Source of the DNA: Pseudomonadota bacterium
GTDB taxonomy: Bacteria > Myxococcota_A > Bradymonadia > UBA4248
Direction: 5' to 3'
Assembly: GCA_017441205.1 (NCBI GenBank)
Contig: JAFRYG010000024.1
Coordinates: forward strand, 6,046 to 70,045
DNA length: 64,000 bases
A program made the translations under genes and the position numbers. Of this stretch, positions 54,824-64,000 are shown one piece after another. Positions within the stretch are counted from its first letter, which is position 1, and each line of letters starts with the position of its first letter. Below the pieces are notes generated by a model. That model saw only the letters and a list, made by a program, of their open reading frames with translations, ran no database searches and was not told the origin of the DNA.

Positions 54824-56707
54824 TTATTCAATCGCATAGCGAATCGTCAGCTCAAACGTCTCCGGCGTCGTCCCCAGATCTATCCCCAAATGAAAATTGC
54901 GCTCCGGATCCGCGTCCTGCCACGTAAGCCCGCGCTCACTCACATCCAGATGAAGCAACGATGATCCGCTCTCGAGATCCTTGCCTTTGACTTCCCCCAG
55001 AAGGGATTTGTCCGAAGCCACCAAAACCTCATCTTTTGTGACCTCAAGCTCCGCCCCGTAATCCACATCGTCATCCGCTATCTCCAGATCCGCATCGCTG
55101 TAGTCCGGTGCTTCCTCCGGATTGTCTGCAGCCTTCTTCACTGGCTGATTCCCGAATTCACGCTCAAGACGCTCGTCCGCACTCTCCGAAGAAATCACAT
55201 CCGTCAGAATCGCCAAATCCGCGGCTCGTTCCCCGCGATACAAAGCCGCATATTTTCTGGGATCACCAATATTCCCTTCGTACAGCGCTGCTCCGATATA
55301 ATGTCCTCCATGCGCGATGCGCCTCAGTTTCCCGATATCCGCATCATCCTGTGCAAAAATGTGATTCAGCGCCTCCAGTTCCGGACACTTAAACGGATCC
55401 TGCTTTACCGCATCGCGGTACGAATCCATCCCCGCAATGATCTGCTCTGCAGGTACAGACAGCCAGGCCTCCGCAAGCGGCTTATCCCCTGACGCCGAAA
55501 ACTCCAGTTTCTGCGCCTGCCAGTTCAGTAACCCCCAAATCCACGGCGAAACCTTGGGAACGAAACTCACAACCGTATCAAATCCCAGTACACTCCCCCC
55601 CGAAACCGGCTTTACCTGAAACGTTATCTTCGGAATATTCGATGCAATCCGGCGAAGATCCTTTACACACGCCATTTCCAGTGCCGCACCCCCGTCACTG
55701 CTGAACTTCTTCGCCGTCTCCTGAATTGCAACGAGCTGATTCAGCGCACCGTTAATATCAAACATCCCCACGATACACGTCGAATCCGAAATGCCAAGTC
55801 CGCTCAGCTGCGCACGCGCCGTCTGCCCCTGCGCAGGAACTGCCAGAAGCTCCGGCAAAAGCTGACTCGCGTGCTCATCATCACTCACAACCGTGACGAT
55901 GACATGATCCTTGCCCCAATAAAATGCAAGTTCCCCCTTCTTTCCCGGCGATATCTCCACGAGCGACCAGTGCGAGGTATTCTTGTCCATCTCGCGCATC
56001 TTCACTAGATTCTGCGTCCAGTACGACTCCACGATCTTCCGGAACTTGGGCACATCCTCGAGCGATACCTTCAGTACCGGCGTCTGACGCACAAAATACA
56101 AGACAAAATGCGACATCTGCCTGCCCATAATCCCAATTGACTTCAGCTTCGCCGGCGAAAATGAACGAAATACCCCCTTCAAAAAACCACGAACCGAGGT
56201 TTCAAAGGCCGATCCGGAATCCGGTACTGCCTTCAGATTTCCCATCACGAGGTTTGATGCATGCTTCATGAAATCTTCAACATCCGCTCGCTCAAGATCA
56301 AAATCTCCTGCAGATGCCACCAGCAAAAAACTTCCCCCGGGAACCGTATCCAGCAGCGGATTCATTGCAATTCCCGCCTTTTTCGCAAATACAGGACGAT
56401 AATTGCTTACACCGTACACTCGCTTTTCCTGCACGCCGGAATCTGCTGCCCCCTGCGACTCCGCAGCAGCTTCATCCAGAATCTTCAGCGAATCCTCTGC
56501 CGGAACATCTCCCTGAACATCCGCGTCAGCCTGAATCGCCGCAGGATTCTCTTCCGATTTGGCGACCTCATCCCTGACGGCATCATCCGTTTTCTTGCTG
56601 CACGAAAAACTGAACAAACACAATAAAATGCAAAAAATGCCGCCTGCAATATGAATCGATCGCATTGACTTATCTCTTCTCATCCGCATGTTTTCCAAAA
56701 ATGACAC
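54824..56707 (-). CDS. Hypothetical lipoprotein (~610 aa).
   Basis: The N-terminal hydrophobic segment ends in 'FSFSCSKK' (lipobox-like). The body has no recognisable family. The start may be M at 56665. Confidence 0.35.
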   Translation of the reverse strand: MSFLENMRMRRDKSMRSIHIAGGIFCILLCLFSFSCSKKTDDAVRDEVAKSEENPAAIQADADVQGDVPAEDSLKILDEAAAESQGAADSGVQEKRVYGVSNYRPVFAKKAGIAMNPLLDTVPGGSFLLVASAGDFDLERADVEDFMKHASNLVMGNLKAVPDSGSAFETSVRGFLKGVFRSFSPAKLKSIGIMGRQMSHFVLYFVRQTPVLKVSLEDVPKFRKIVESYWTQNLVKMREMDKNTSHWSLVEISPGKKGELAFYWGKDHVIVTVVSDDEHASQLLPELLAVPAQGQTARAQLSGLGISDSTCIVGMFDINGALNQLVAIQETAKKFSSDGGAALEMACVKDLRRIASNIPKITFQVKPVSGGSVLGFDTVVSFVPKVSPWIWGLLNWQAQKLEFSASGDKPLAEAWLSVPAEQIIAGMDSYRDAVKQDPFKCPELEALNHIFAQDDADIGKLRRIAHGGHYIGAALYEGNIGDPRKYAALYRGERAADLAILTDVISSESADERLEREFGNQPVKKAADNPEEAPDYSDADLEIADDDVDYGAELEVTKDEVLVASDKSLLGEVKGKDLESGSSLLHLDVSERGLTWQDADPERNFHLGIDLGTTPETFELTIRYAIE

Positions 56708-56834
56708 ACCTTCACTACGGGCTCTCTATTACAGGCAACCGCACCGCAGATGTCCAGAAAAATCACTCGTTTTTCTTCGACAAAATCAAATGCTCTTATA
56801 ACAAGAGAGTCGATAACCTCAAAGCCGCTTTGTT

Positions 56835-57066
56835 GTTCGTAGCTTTGAGTTTTGAGTTTTGAGAGGTGAATGAATGACCTGAGAATGAGAATTGGACTGA
56901 GAACAAGAAGACGACTGATGTTAGTGAATAGTGAATAGTGAGTAGTGAATAGTGATGAGAATTTATAGCTTATAGAGAGGGTCGATGTTATCTGTACTTT
57001 AGCAAAAGTCTCGGTGATTGCTTTACGCCCAACTCATAACTCCCAACTCCCAACTCATGATGAGCC
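56835..57066. repeat. Simple-sequence block (TTTGAGTTTTGAGTTTTGAG; GTGAATAGTGAATAGTGAGTAGTGAATAGTGA) ending in CCCAACTCATAACTCCCAACTCCCAACTCATGA. This is the right arm of the inverted-repeat pair with 42.02 kb.
   Basis: Direct reading. A 22-bp exact reverse-complement match to 42021..42042. Confidence 0.75.
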
Positions 57067-57121
57067 ATAAAAAAAAGAGCACCCTTCCGGGTGCTCTCTG
57101 CAATTTCAAAGAACTTATGGA

Positions 57122-59026
57122 TTAAAATCCAATATCAAAGTCTCCGCCAAAATCCATCCAATCTGGAATTTTGGTACACGTATCCCAGTCAATATTATCA
57201 AGTCTATCTAATACAGTTAAGATATCAGCGCCAAGATCTTCAGCCCACTCCTCTACACATTCCTCTCCGAGATCATCATAGTCTTCCGCATTTCCACCTT
57301 CACTGACAAATATACCTATGAGTTTTGAGTCACCCGACTCTAAGTCAGCACAGGTCTTAAAGGTTTTCATTACATTCAGGAATTCCGCCTTGGTTTGCGG
57401 ATAATTATCACATATATTGCCGGAAACTTGTTTCGGCACGCAGGCGCCAGACTGCGGATCGCACGCTTGGTTTTCATTGCATATCGAAGGATCCTGAACG
57501 CACGACGAGGAAACTTGTTTCGGCACGCAGGCGCCAGACTGCGGATCGCACGCTTCGTCGCTCTTGCAAATCGAAGGATCCTGAATGCAGGTAACATTTC
57601 CGACGCCCCCTTTCGGCACGCAGGCGCCAGACTGCTGATCGCACACTTCGTCGCTCTTGCAAATCGAAGGATCCTGAATGCAGGTAACATTTCCGACGCC
57701 CCCTTTCGGCACGCAGACGCCAAACACCTTGTTGCATTCCTCATCGGCACCGCATTGACTGCTATCCGAACATGCCTTGCCCTCGCCGATCACGACATCT
57801 TCAAATACGCCATCGAAGTACTCGCACTTAAACACGTTAAATGCATTCGGATCGCCTTCAATATTAATCGAAATCCCTTCTATCCACTTATCGCCGCAGG
57901 CATCCTGGATGGCATCCCAATTACTCTCATTGATACCCTCGCTCGCCGCAATAGGTAAAATGGCATCCAGCTTGTTATCGAGATCCTGGCATGATGATGC
58001 ATTAAGAATCGCATTCACCAGTGCTTCCTTGGTCTTGGGATAAGCATTACAGTCAATACTTGCAGGCTGCTGACTTGCCTGACACTGGCCATTCACGCAC
58101 TGACCGCCATTGCAAATCGAAGGATCCTCTGTGCAGGTTTTGGCCGGCTGTTCCGGATTATTGGGAATACAGAATCCCTTGCTGCATGTCGCATCGGCAC
58201 CACAGTTCAGAACAGAACATGCGTCCACACACTCACCACTTGAGCAGAACTCGCCGACATTACATACCTTCTTCGCGCAGGGATCCAGATTCATTCCATA
58301 AATGCACTTTACTTTGATTTCTTCAAGCTTGAGTTCAAAAGCCGCACGATCTGCCTCAGGTACATTCTTGAACCGCCACTCTTCGACACATTCATCAAAT
58401 GAACATGGTACGTCGCTTGCGTCAGGACATGTACTTTCCATCAAATCGAGATACTGACTCTCTATGGGATAGCGTGCATTGATCTCCCCCAGACTCTTCG
58501 ATAATGATTCGCACTCCACCTCAGATGCCATGACGACTCTATACACTTCGTCATATAATTCCTGAATCTTCAAACCACTCGGAATGGAACATTCGGTGCC
58601 GACTTCTTTTACCGCTTCTTCTTTTCCTTCCTTGTACCAGTCAAAACTCGTAACCTCCTGATTGCTCTCGCATTTGGAAATATTCTGCTGCAGAATTGCA
58701 ATCTGTGCCTTCAGATTGGGATCATTATAATTGTCGCCAGACAACAGCAAACCATTCGATTTTTTCAAAACCTCTGCAACAATATCACACCATGCTTTGC
58801 TGCCGGGTTCCGCTGTTGCGCCTGCTTTTGCAACAGCAACCGACACTTCCGACACCATTGCCGCAGCCTCCGATTCCGATGGAGCAGACGTGAGCTTCTT
58901 ACCGACATCCTTGGGGCTGGCAGTTCCACCCGAACCACCACCACCTTCGTTCACTTCCGTCTCAGAGACATCACACGAAAACATGCAAAGTGACAACAAA
59001 ATCGACAATATGGTTAACTTCTTCAT
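57122..59026 (-). CDS. Cys-rich repeat lipoprotein with tandem near-identical ~30-aa modules.
   Basis: Lipoprotein signal (LSLCMFSCDVSE). The modules read 'CVPKGGVGNVTCIQDPSICKSDE(V/A)CD(Q/P)QSGA' x2, followed by two diverged copies. Many further Cys pairs. The module is shared with the 46390..48435 protein. Confidence 0.6.
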   Translation of the reverse strand: MKKLTILSILLSLCMFSCDVSETEVNEGGGGSGGTASPKDVGKKLTSAPSESEAAAMVSEVSVAVAKAGATAEPGSKAWCDIVAEVLKKSNGLLLSGDNYNDPNLKAQIAILQQNISKCESNQEVTSFDWYKEGKEEAVKEVGTECSIPSGLKIQELYDEVYRVVMASEVECESLSKSLGEINARYPIESQYLDLMESTCPDASDVPCSFDECVEEWRFKNVPEADRAAFELKLEEIKVKCIYGMNLDPCAKKVCNVGEFCSSGECVDACSVLNCGADATCSKGFCIPNNPEQPAKTCTEDPSICNGGQCVNGQCQASQQPASIDCNAYPKTKEALVNAILNASSCQDLDNKLDAILPIAASEGINESNWDAIQDACGDKWIEGISINIEGDPNAFNVFKCEYFDGVFEDVVIGEGKACSDSSQCGADEECNKVFGVCVPKGGVGNVTCIQDPSICKSDEVCDQQSGACVPKGGVGNVTCIQDPSICKSDEACDPQSGACVPKQVSSSCVQDPSICNENQACDPQSGACVPKQVSGNICDNYPQTKAEFLNVMKTFKTCADLESGDSKLIGIFVSEGGNAEDYDDLGEECVEEWAEDLGADILTVLDRLDNIDWDTCTKIPDWMDFGGDFDIGF

Positions 59027-59584
59027 TCTCTATCTCCAAATCTGCTCACGAAACCCCAAACGCCACCCATGACAATTTTGTTTCATGAAAAATAATAACA
59101 AAAACATTGCCGTTCAAAGCACGGCATGGGAGTAATCAGCATTATCCGTGCCATCGTCAAATTTTTTAAAATCGGCATTTTCACGCTCCCGGATATGCTT
59201 TCCTGATGCTCCGATCTATGGCTTAATGCCTGGACTTCATGAATATAACGACAACTTCCGGAACAAAAAAGTGTGCTCAAGCTCAAACTTTCTCACCGTA
59301 TCACATAAGCGGCAAGCTGTAACTATTCAGCCTAACGTCTGACTGTTTTACGGATTTGCTCAGGCCTAATGGTCTCGCTGTTTTTTTAATCGTGAGCAAC
59401 GTTAGTTGCGAACAAATCCGTTTGTTAAAAATGACAAACACACCATGGCTGAACAGTTACGGCAAGCCTTCTCAAAACTGAATAACGCCTTTGCATTTCA
59501 ACACTTTTTGACTTACGATAGGCGTAGCAGATCTTGCAGTATGACGCTGTGTATTTTTCGCATTATGACAAAAGGATCATAATC

Positions 59585-59995
59585 ATGATAAAAGACTTCC
59601 TGCTGACCATCGCAAAATCCATAAAAAAACCTGCCATGCTCATTGGCGTCACCGGCTTCAGTACGACTGTCGCCGCATGCTACGGACCTCCGCCGGCACC
59701 GCCTGAGTCCGAACTCAATGCCGCTTCCGAAAGAATGCTGATTCAATGCGTCGATGGTACAAAAACCGACAAAGACTGCCAGTACGGATGCAAAAATAGC
59801 ACATGCCTCCAGAAATTCGGCAATGCCGGCGATCCCTGCGACGCAAACCTCTATGTCGAAACATGCGTCAATGATGCACAATCCGAACAAACCGCAAATA
59901 CAAAACGCGCATGCGTCGACGGACATATCGCAGAAGTCCCGTGCCCGAATTGCACGAACAATCAGGATCAGATCTCCTGCCAGACTTCAGAATAA
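59585..59995 (+). CDS. Small Cys-rich secreted protein or lipoprotein.
   Basis: Start re-set to MIKDFLL...VAACYG. Twelve Cys in ~110 mature residues. Confidence 0.4.
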   Translation: MIKDFLLTIAKSIKKPAMLIGVTGFSTTVAACYGPPPAPPESELNAASERMLIQCVDGTKTDKDCQYGCKNSTCLQKFGNAGDPCDANLYVETCVNDAQSEQTANTKRACVDGHIAEVPCPNCTNNQDQISCQTSE

Positions 59996-60030
59996 AAAAA
60001 TCCCCCGGCCCAACGGACCGGGGGAAAATC
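59993..60030. terminator. Bidirectional rho-independent terminator.
   Basis: AAAAAAA-TCCCCCGGCCCAACGGACCGGGGGA-AAATC between convergent genes. Confidence 0.65.
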
Positions 60031-60039
60031 ACTGCAGAA

Positions 60040-62175
60040 TTACAACCCCTTCAGCCGCCTCACCAAAGCCACAAACTCTGCACGATATTCATCGCTGTCG
60101 AGCGAAGATATCCCCTTGAGCTGCCCAAGAATGCTGTCGTATGTCGCCGTCCCCTTGAACGGTGAATTATTCAGTATCATGGCCGTCGCAGCAACCGCCG
60201 ATGCAAAATTCATATTGTTGCTCATGGTACTGCGGACCGATGATGCATTCACAGGCCAACTCAGCTCCGTGCTCACATCGCCATCCGGCTTCTTATAACG
60301 AAGCTTCACTGTCGCATATTCGTCGCTCTTGACGGCCTCGACTTTCTGGTACTTCGAAGATGGTTCCGGCACTTCTACGGCTGAACCCGTTTCTACAATT
60401 TCATACAGAATTGTAACCTGATGCCCGGCACCGACCTCGCCGCCGTCTTTCTTATCGTCCGCAAAATCCTCGGCATTCAGCTTGCGCGTCTCATACCCAA
60501 TCTGACGATACCCCTTGATCTTGCCGGGGTTAAAGTCGACCTGGAATTTCACGTCTTTGGCCGCAACAAATACCGTCGACATAAACTCATCCACGAGCAC
60601 TCGGCGCCCTTCGCGCAATGTATCTATATAATGATAACTGCCATTGCCGTAGTCCGCCAGCGCTTCCAAACGGTTGTCCTTGTAATTCCCCATGCCGACG
60701 CCCAAAACCGACAGGAAAATCCCGCTTGCGCGCTTCTTTTCTATCAATGACTTCAGCTCATTCGTATTCGAAATACCGACGTTCAGGTCGCCGTCCGTTC
60801 CCATGATGATTCTGTTGTTGCCGCCTTTGATATAGTTCTTTTTGGCAACCGCATACGCCATCTTGATGCCGGCTTCGCCGTTCGTCACGCCGTCCGCATC
60901 AAACAGCGTCAGAGCCTTCATGATCGTCGCATGATGATCCCCGGGCACGCCATCGATAATGAATCGCTCGGCTCCGGAATAGGTCACAATCGAAATCCTG
61001 TCCTGCGCCGTCAGCTTCGGCAGCATCGATATGATCGACGCCTTGATCAGCGCCAGTCTGTCGTGACCGCGCATCGATCCCGATATGTCCAGCAAAAATA
61101 CAATATTCGATGCCGGACGTTCCTCCATATTCAGTTCGCGGGTTTTCGCACCCACCAGCATCAGCTTTGTATCCTTGTTCCACGGACACCCCGCGATCTC
61201 TGTCGTGACCGAAAATGGCTCGCCGGCTTTCGGATTCGGATAATCGTACTTAAAGTAATTGATCATCTCCTCGACGCGCAGTCCCTGATTCCTCGGTGCC
61301 CTGCCTTCGTTGATCGCCCGACGGAAAACACCATAGGACGCCGTATCCACATCCGCCCCAAACGTCGACAACGGATTCGCCGCTGTATTGATAAACCGGT
61401 TCGGATCATACTGGCTGTACTCGTCCGTATTCATTGCAGTCGGCGGCAAATCTGCTTCTGCTATCCCGCCGGTAGCAAACACATTACCCCTGCCTATGTT
61501 ATACTTTTCTGCGGCCTTAGGGGCTGCAGCCTTCATAGCAGGAGCTTCTGCGGATGCATCCATCATCATCATAGGCGCCGATTTTGCCTCAGTGCTGCGC
61601 CCACCTGACGGCTTGGATACTTTTTTGACCTTGACATTCCCCCTCCTGGCCCCAGACTGGTCATACATACGGTTGCTGGTATGACCTTCCAGAAAATCCA
61701 GGTCGCCGGCTTCGATATCGGCCAGTGCTTTGGCGAGCTTCTTCTCCACTTCCTTGGTACGTTCGGCCTTGGGATCGCCCGGCTTAAGCTCAACTTCAGG
61801 CAATTTGATATCCCATTTGTCGTCCGTAAGCGGCGCATACTCCGGCTGCTTCACATCCGATGCCTTCAGATCCGGTTCCACCGGTGCATTCGGGTCAGTC
61901 ACGGGCGTCGGTTCGGGCTTCGCCTCCGGCTGCACATCCCGGGCTGCAATCAGCTCACCATCCTTGCCATTCTCCACGACTTCCGGCGCCGGCAACGCAA
62001 CGTCGGAATCCTCACCTCCCGCCTGCTCCCCAGCCGTCCCAGGTTCCGATGAAGGTGCAGTCTCTGCTGCAGGCTCCTGCGGAACGGACGACGGGGAATT
62101 CACATCCTTCACACAACCTGTGGCAAACGCACATACAACAGATACCAATACAGCAATACCAGGTTTCGTATTCAT
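60040..62175 (-). CDS. von Willebrand factor A domain lipoprotein (YfbK-like architecture).
   Basis: Lipoprotein signal (FATGCVKD). MIDAS 'LLDISGSM' plus 'TDGDLN'. The C-terminal region is typical of YfbK-type vWA proteins. A Pro/Glu/Ala-rich N-terminal linker. Confidence 0.75.
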   Translation of the reverse strand: MNTKPGIAVLVSVVCAFATGCVKDVNSPSSVPQEPAAETAPSSEPGTAGEQAGGEDSDVALPAPEVVENGKDGELIAARDVQPEAKPEPTPVTDPNAPVEPDLKASDVKQPEYAPLTDDKWDIKLPEVELKPGDPKAERTKEVEKKLAKALADIEAGDLDFLEGHTSNRMYDQSGARRGNVKVKKVSKPSGGRSTEAKSAPMMMMDASAEAPAMKAAAPKAAEKYNIGRGNVFATGGIAEADLPPTAMNTDEYSQYDPNRFINTAANPLSTFGADVDTASYGVFRRAINEGRAPRNQGLRVEEMINYFKYDYPNPKAGEPFSVTTEIAGCPWNKDTKLMLVGAKTRELNMEERPASNIVFLLDISGSMRGHDRLALIKASIISMLPKLTAQDRISIVTYSGAERFIIDGVPGDHHATIMKALTLFDADGVTNGEAGIKMAYAVAKKNYIKGGNNRIIMGTDGDLNVGISNTNELKSLIEKKRASGIFLSVLGVGMGNYKDNRLEALADYGNGSYHYIDTLREGRRVLVDEFMSTVFVAAKDVKFQVDFNPGKIKGYRQIGYETRKLNAEDFADDKKDGGEVGAGHQVTILYEIVETGSAVEVPEPSSKYQKVEAVKSDEYATVKLRYKKPDGDVSTELSWPVNASSVRSTMSNNMNFASAVAATAMILNNSPFKGTATYDSILGQLKGISSLDSDEYRAEFVALVRRLKGL

Positions 62176-62461
62176 AAATCCTCCTTCGTTTTGTCGGCAA
62201 AATGCCTGCCATACACACCATATATATATAAATTAATCATACAGGTGTCTACTATTTTTCATTTTTGTGCAGCGGCTATCGGCTCGCCGCCGATACGCCG
62301 CATGCAGCCGGCCTTTTCCCTGCGGGAATACGGCCGGCTATTTATCTTTATATATAATTTCAACATCGCCGCACAGTTAATGCGCCATATTGCATTCCGG
62401 CAACAGGCACACAGGCGATTTGAAGAGACGTTCGTCAAAACGTCTCACCACGGACACTTCA

Positions 62462-63151
62462 TTAGAATCTCAACCGGAAATGAAGACCCGGTTTCAGAAA
62501 ATGAACGACATTGTTCATCCTGATTTTCCTTATTTTTCCATTATCAATTTCTTCTTCGTACTTCATTTTGTTCAGACCGACGGTATAGTCCACGCCGATC
62601 CCCATGCCGAAAATGTCGGTAAAATATCCGGTCAGACTCGCCGATGCCTTGAATGACAATGCCGCCGAAGCCTTGCCATCATCATTGACGATAATCGGAG
62701 TGCGCATATCGGGAACCAAATCATCCCCGTTGGAATACATCACCCCTGCGCCAAACCCCAAATCCAGCTCAAACCTATCCGTTATCGGGGGGGATACCCG
62801 GGCAACCAGATACGTTCCGCCGAGAAAATACCACTTCTCATCATCAAATTGATATCCAATACACCAACAGTAATCGGCTGGCTTAATGGCATAAAGATCC
62901 TGATCAATATAAAGGCCGGCGTAGCGCCACTTATAGCCAATCGATACGCTGCCGCCAAAGCCGCGCATATCCTTATCCAAATCAGCCCCCATTGACATCG
63001 GATCGTACACGCTCTGCTCATAGTAAAAACGCGCATAATTCACCGAAATCCGAAGGTCCACGCCTTCGCTCGACGCCTGAGCAAATGCCATCGCCGGAAT
63101 CAGCAGAAAAACAAGTGCAAGAATTGCAGAAAACCATTTCCCAGTTCCCAT
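62462..63151 (-). CDS. Small outer-membrane beta-barrel protein.
   Basis: Signal peptide present. Alternating hydrophobic beta-strand pattern and a C-terminal aromatic residue (...LHFRLRF). Confidence 0.55.
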   Translation of the reverse strand: MGTGKWFSAILALVFLLIPAMAFAQASSEGVDLRISVNYARFYYEQSVYDPMSMGADLDKDMRGFGGSVSIGYKWRYAGLYIDQDLYAIKPADYCWCIGYQFDDEKWYFLGGTYLVARVSPPITDRFELDLGFGAGVMYSNGDDLVPDMRTPIIVNDDGKASAALSFKASASLTGYFTDIFGMGIGVDYTVGLNKMKYEEEIDNGKIRKIRMNNVVHFLKPGLHFRLRF

Positions 63152-63815
63152 AAAACACCACCTTTAAATGATCTGAAGTCTCCGCGCCCCAAACGCGAAG
63201 ACACAACAATGATGGGTAATTCTACATTGTCCGATCATTAAAAATCAACATATAATTCATCCACTTACGGATGATTCGTAGCAAATCAGCCCTGTTCAAA
63301 AGCTAGAGCTTTCATATTTGCAGCCCCCGGTTGCGTTATTGTTATGGACATGGTTAATGAGCATATCAAAAGAAGTCCGTTAGAGGCTTCTGGCGAGTAG
63401 CCCACGGTTGGAGCGCAGCGACCACCGTGGGACAAATGAGATACACCAAAATCAATCCCCGTAGGGGATGCCCCAGGAAAAGGAAAATCGTATATTGTTG
63501 TCATTATCTATGGCCAGTACAAAAGGGCCTATTGATCAGTTGCTCCTTAAGCTTCAAGCACGGAACTGCAAATATTCACGAACAAAATATCCACATTCGT
63601 ATAACAGAGCTATATTATTTGTATGTGGATATAATATTCAAATCATACTATTCACCGCCGCACATTCCAAACAATCAGCAGGCGGCGGCGTATCCGGCTC
63701 TTGGCGGATAGCCGCCGCAGGCAGGCCGTATGCGCCATCGGCGCATAGGACGCCTCCCCCAAATATCATCACAAATATCGTTCCCGGTCTTCAGGACAGG
63801 AAGCATATTCCACGG

Positions 63816-64000
63816 TTAGAACCTGAACCGGAAGTGCAGACCCGGCCTCAAATAATGAATATAATTGCGAACATATACTTTATAGGTATCGGATGCTTCA
63901 ATCTCGGCTCTGTTAAAGCCAATGGTATAATCAAAATCGAGTCCCATCCCGAAAACATCTGTAAAATACACTGTAAAGCTGGCTGATGCCTTGAGTGAAA
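63816..64000 (-). CDS. Paralogous outer-membrane beta-barrel protein. Only the C-terminal part lies in the window.
   Basis: The 3' end is highly similar in DNA and protein to the 3' end of 62462..63151 (…GLHFR.RF*). Confidence 0.45.
   Translation of the reverse strand, partial: SLKASASFTVYFTDVFGMGLDFDYTIGFNRAEIEASDTYKVYVRNYIHYLRPGLHFRFRF

Noticed and set aside
42017-57066. Classical mobile element (transposon or integrative island).
   Set aside because: No integrase, transposase, recombinase or tRNA target is visible in or next to the interval. Only the inverted-repeat observation is retained.
59027-59584. tRNA or ncRNA gene in AT-rich spacers (also 1272..1810 and 36510..36969).
   Set aside because: No cloverleaf-compatible segments were seen (no GTTCRANYC T-loop with a matching acceptor stem). 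No tRNA or rRNA could be supported anywhere in the window.

Overview
This is a 64-kb bacterial chromosomal window with about 50% GC and dense coding on both strands. It contains no rRNA, tRNA, CRISPR array, transposase or integrase that I could recognise. Many products carry lipoprotein signal peptides and cysteine-rich extracellular modules, which suggests an FCB-group or Fibrobacter-like organism, though the taxon is uncertain. Housekeeping genes recognisable by motif include tcdA, folD, infC, xseA, xseB, a rarA homologue with a C-terminal extension, and an M16 peptidase pair. Between them lie several accessory-looking clusters. (i) At 1.8-20.6 kb, two lipoprotein serpins sit among three transglutaminase-like (papain-fold) proteins, an EEP-family nuclease/phosphatase, a processive GT2 synthase and TPR lipoproteins. 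Two of the transglutaminase-like proteins are ~1,270-aa paralogs, one of which appears catalytically dead. (ii) At 20.9-29.4 kb there is a Ser/Thr-phosphosignalling theme: a membrane-anchored pseudokinase in a tight three-gene operon, and a tandem pseudokinase-kinase protein. (iii) A 15-kb segment (42.0-57.1 kb) is bounded by inverted simple-sequence repeats. It carries a 1,393-aa TPR protein, a Cys-rich secreted MBL-fold (ComEC-like) protein, and a minus-strand cassette of AAA+ ATPase (Ycf46-like), DUF1257 (Ycf35-like) and DUF2997. Just upstream of that cassette is an FHA-domain protein with a prion-like QPMGM repeat tract and a long coiled coil. That cassette and its neighbours are the best candidate here for an uncharacterised system. 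Intergenic regions are packed with several families of REP-like palindromic elements. The ORF track allows non-ATG starts, so several starts were re-set to the first plausible signal-peptide methionine. All functional calls rest on by-eye motif recognition, since no searches could be run.
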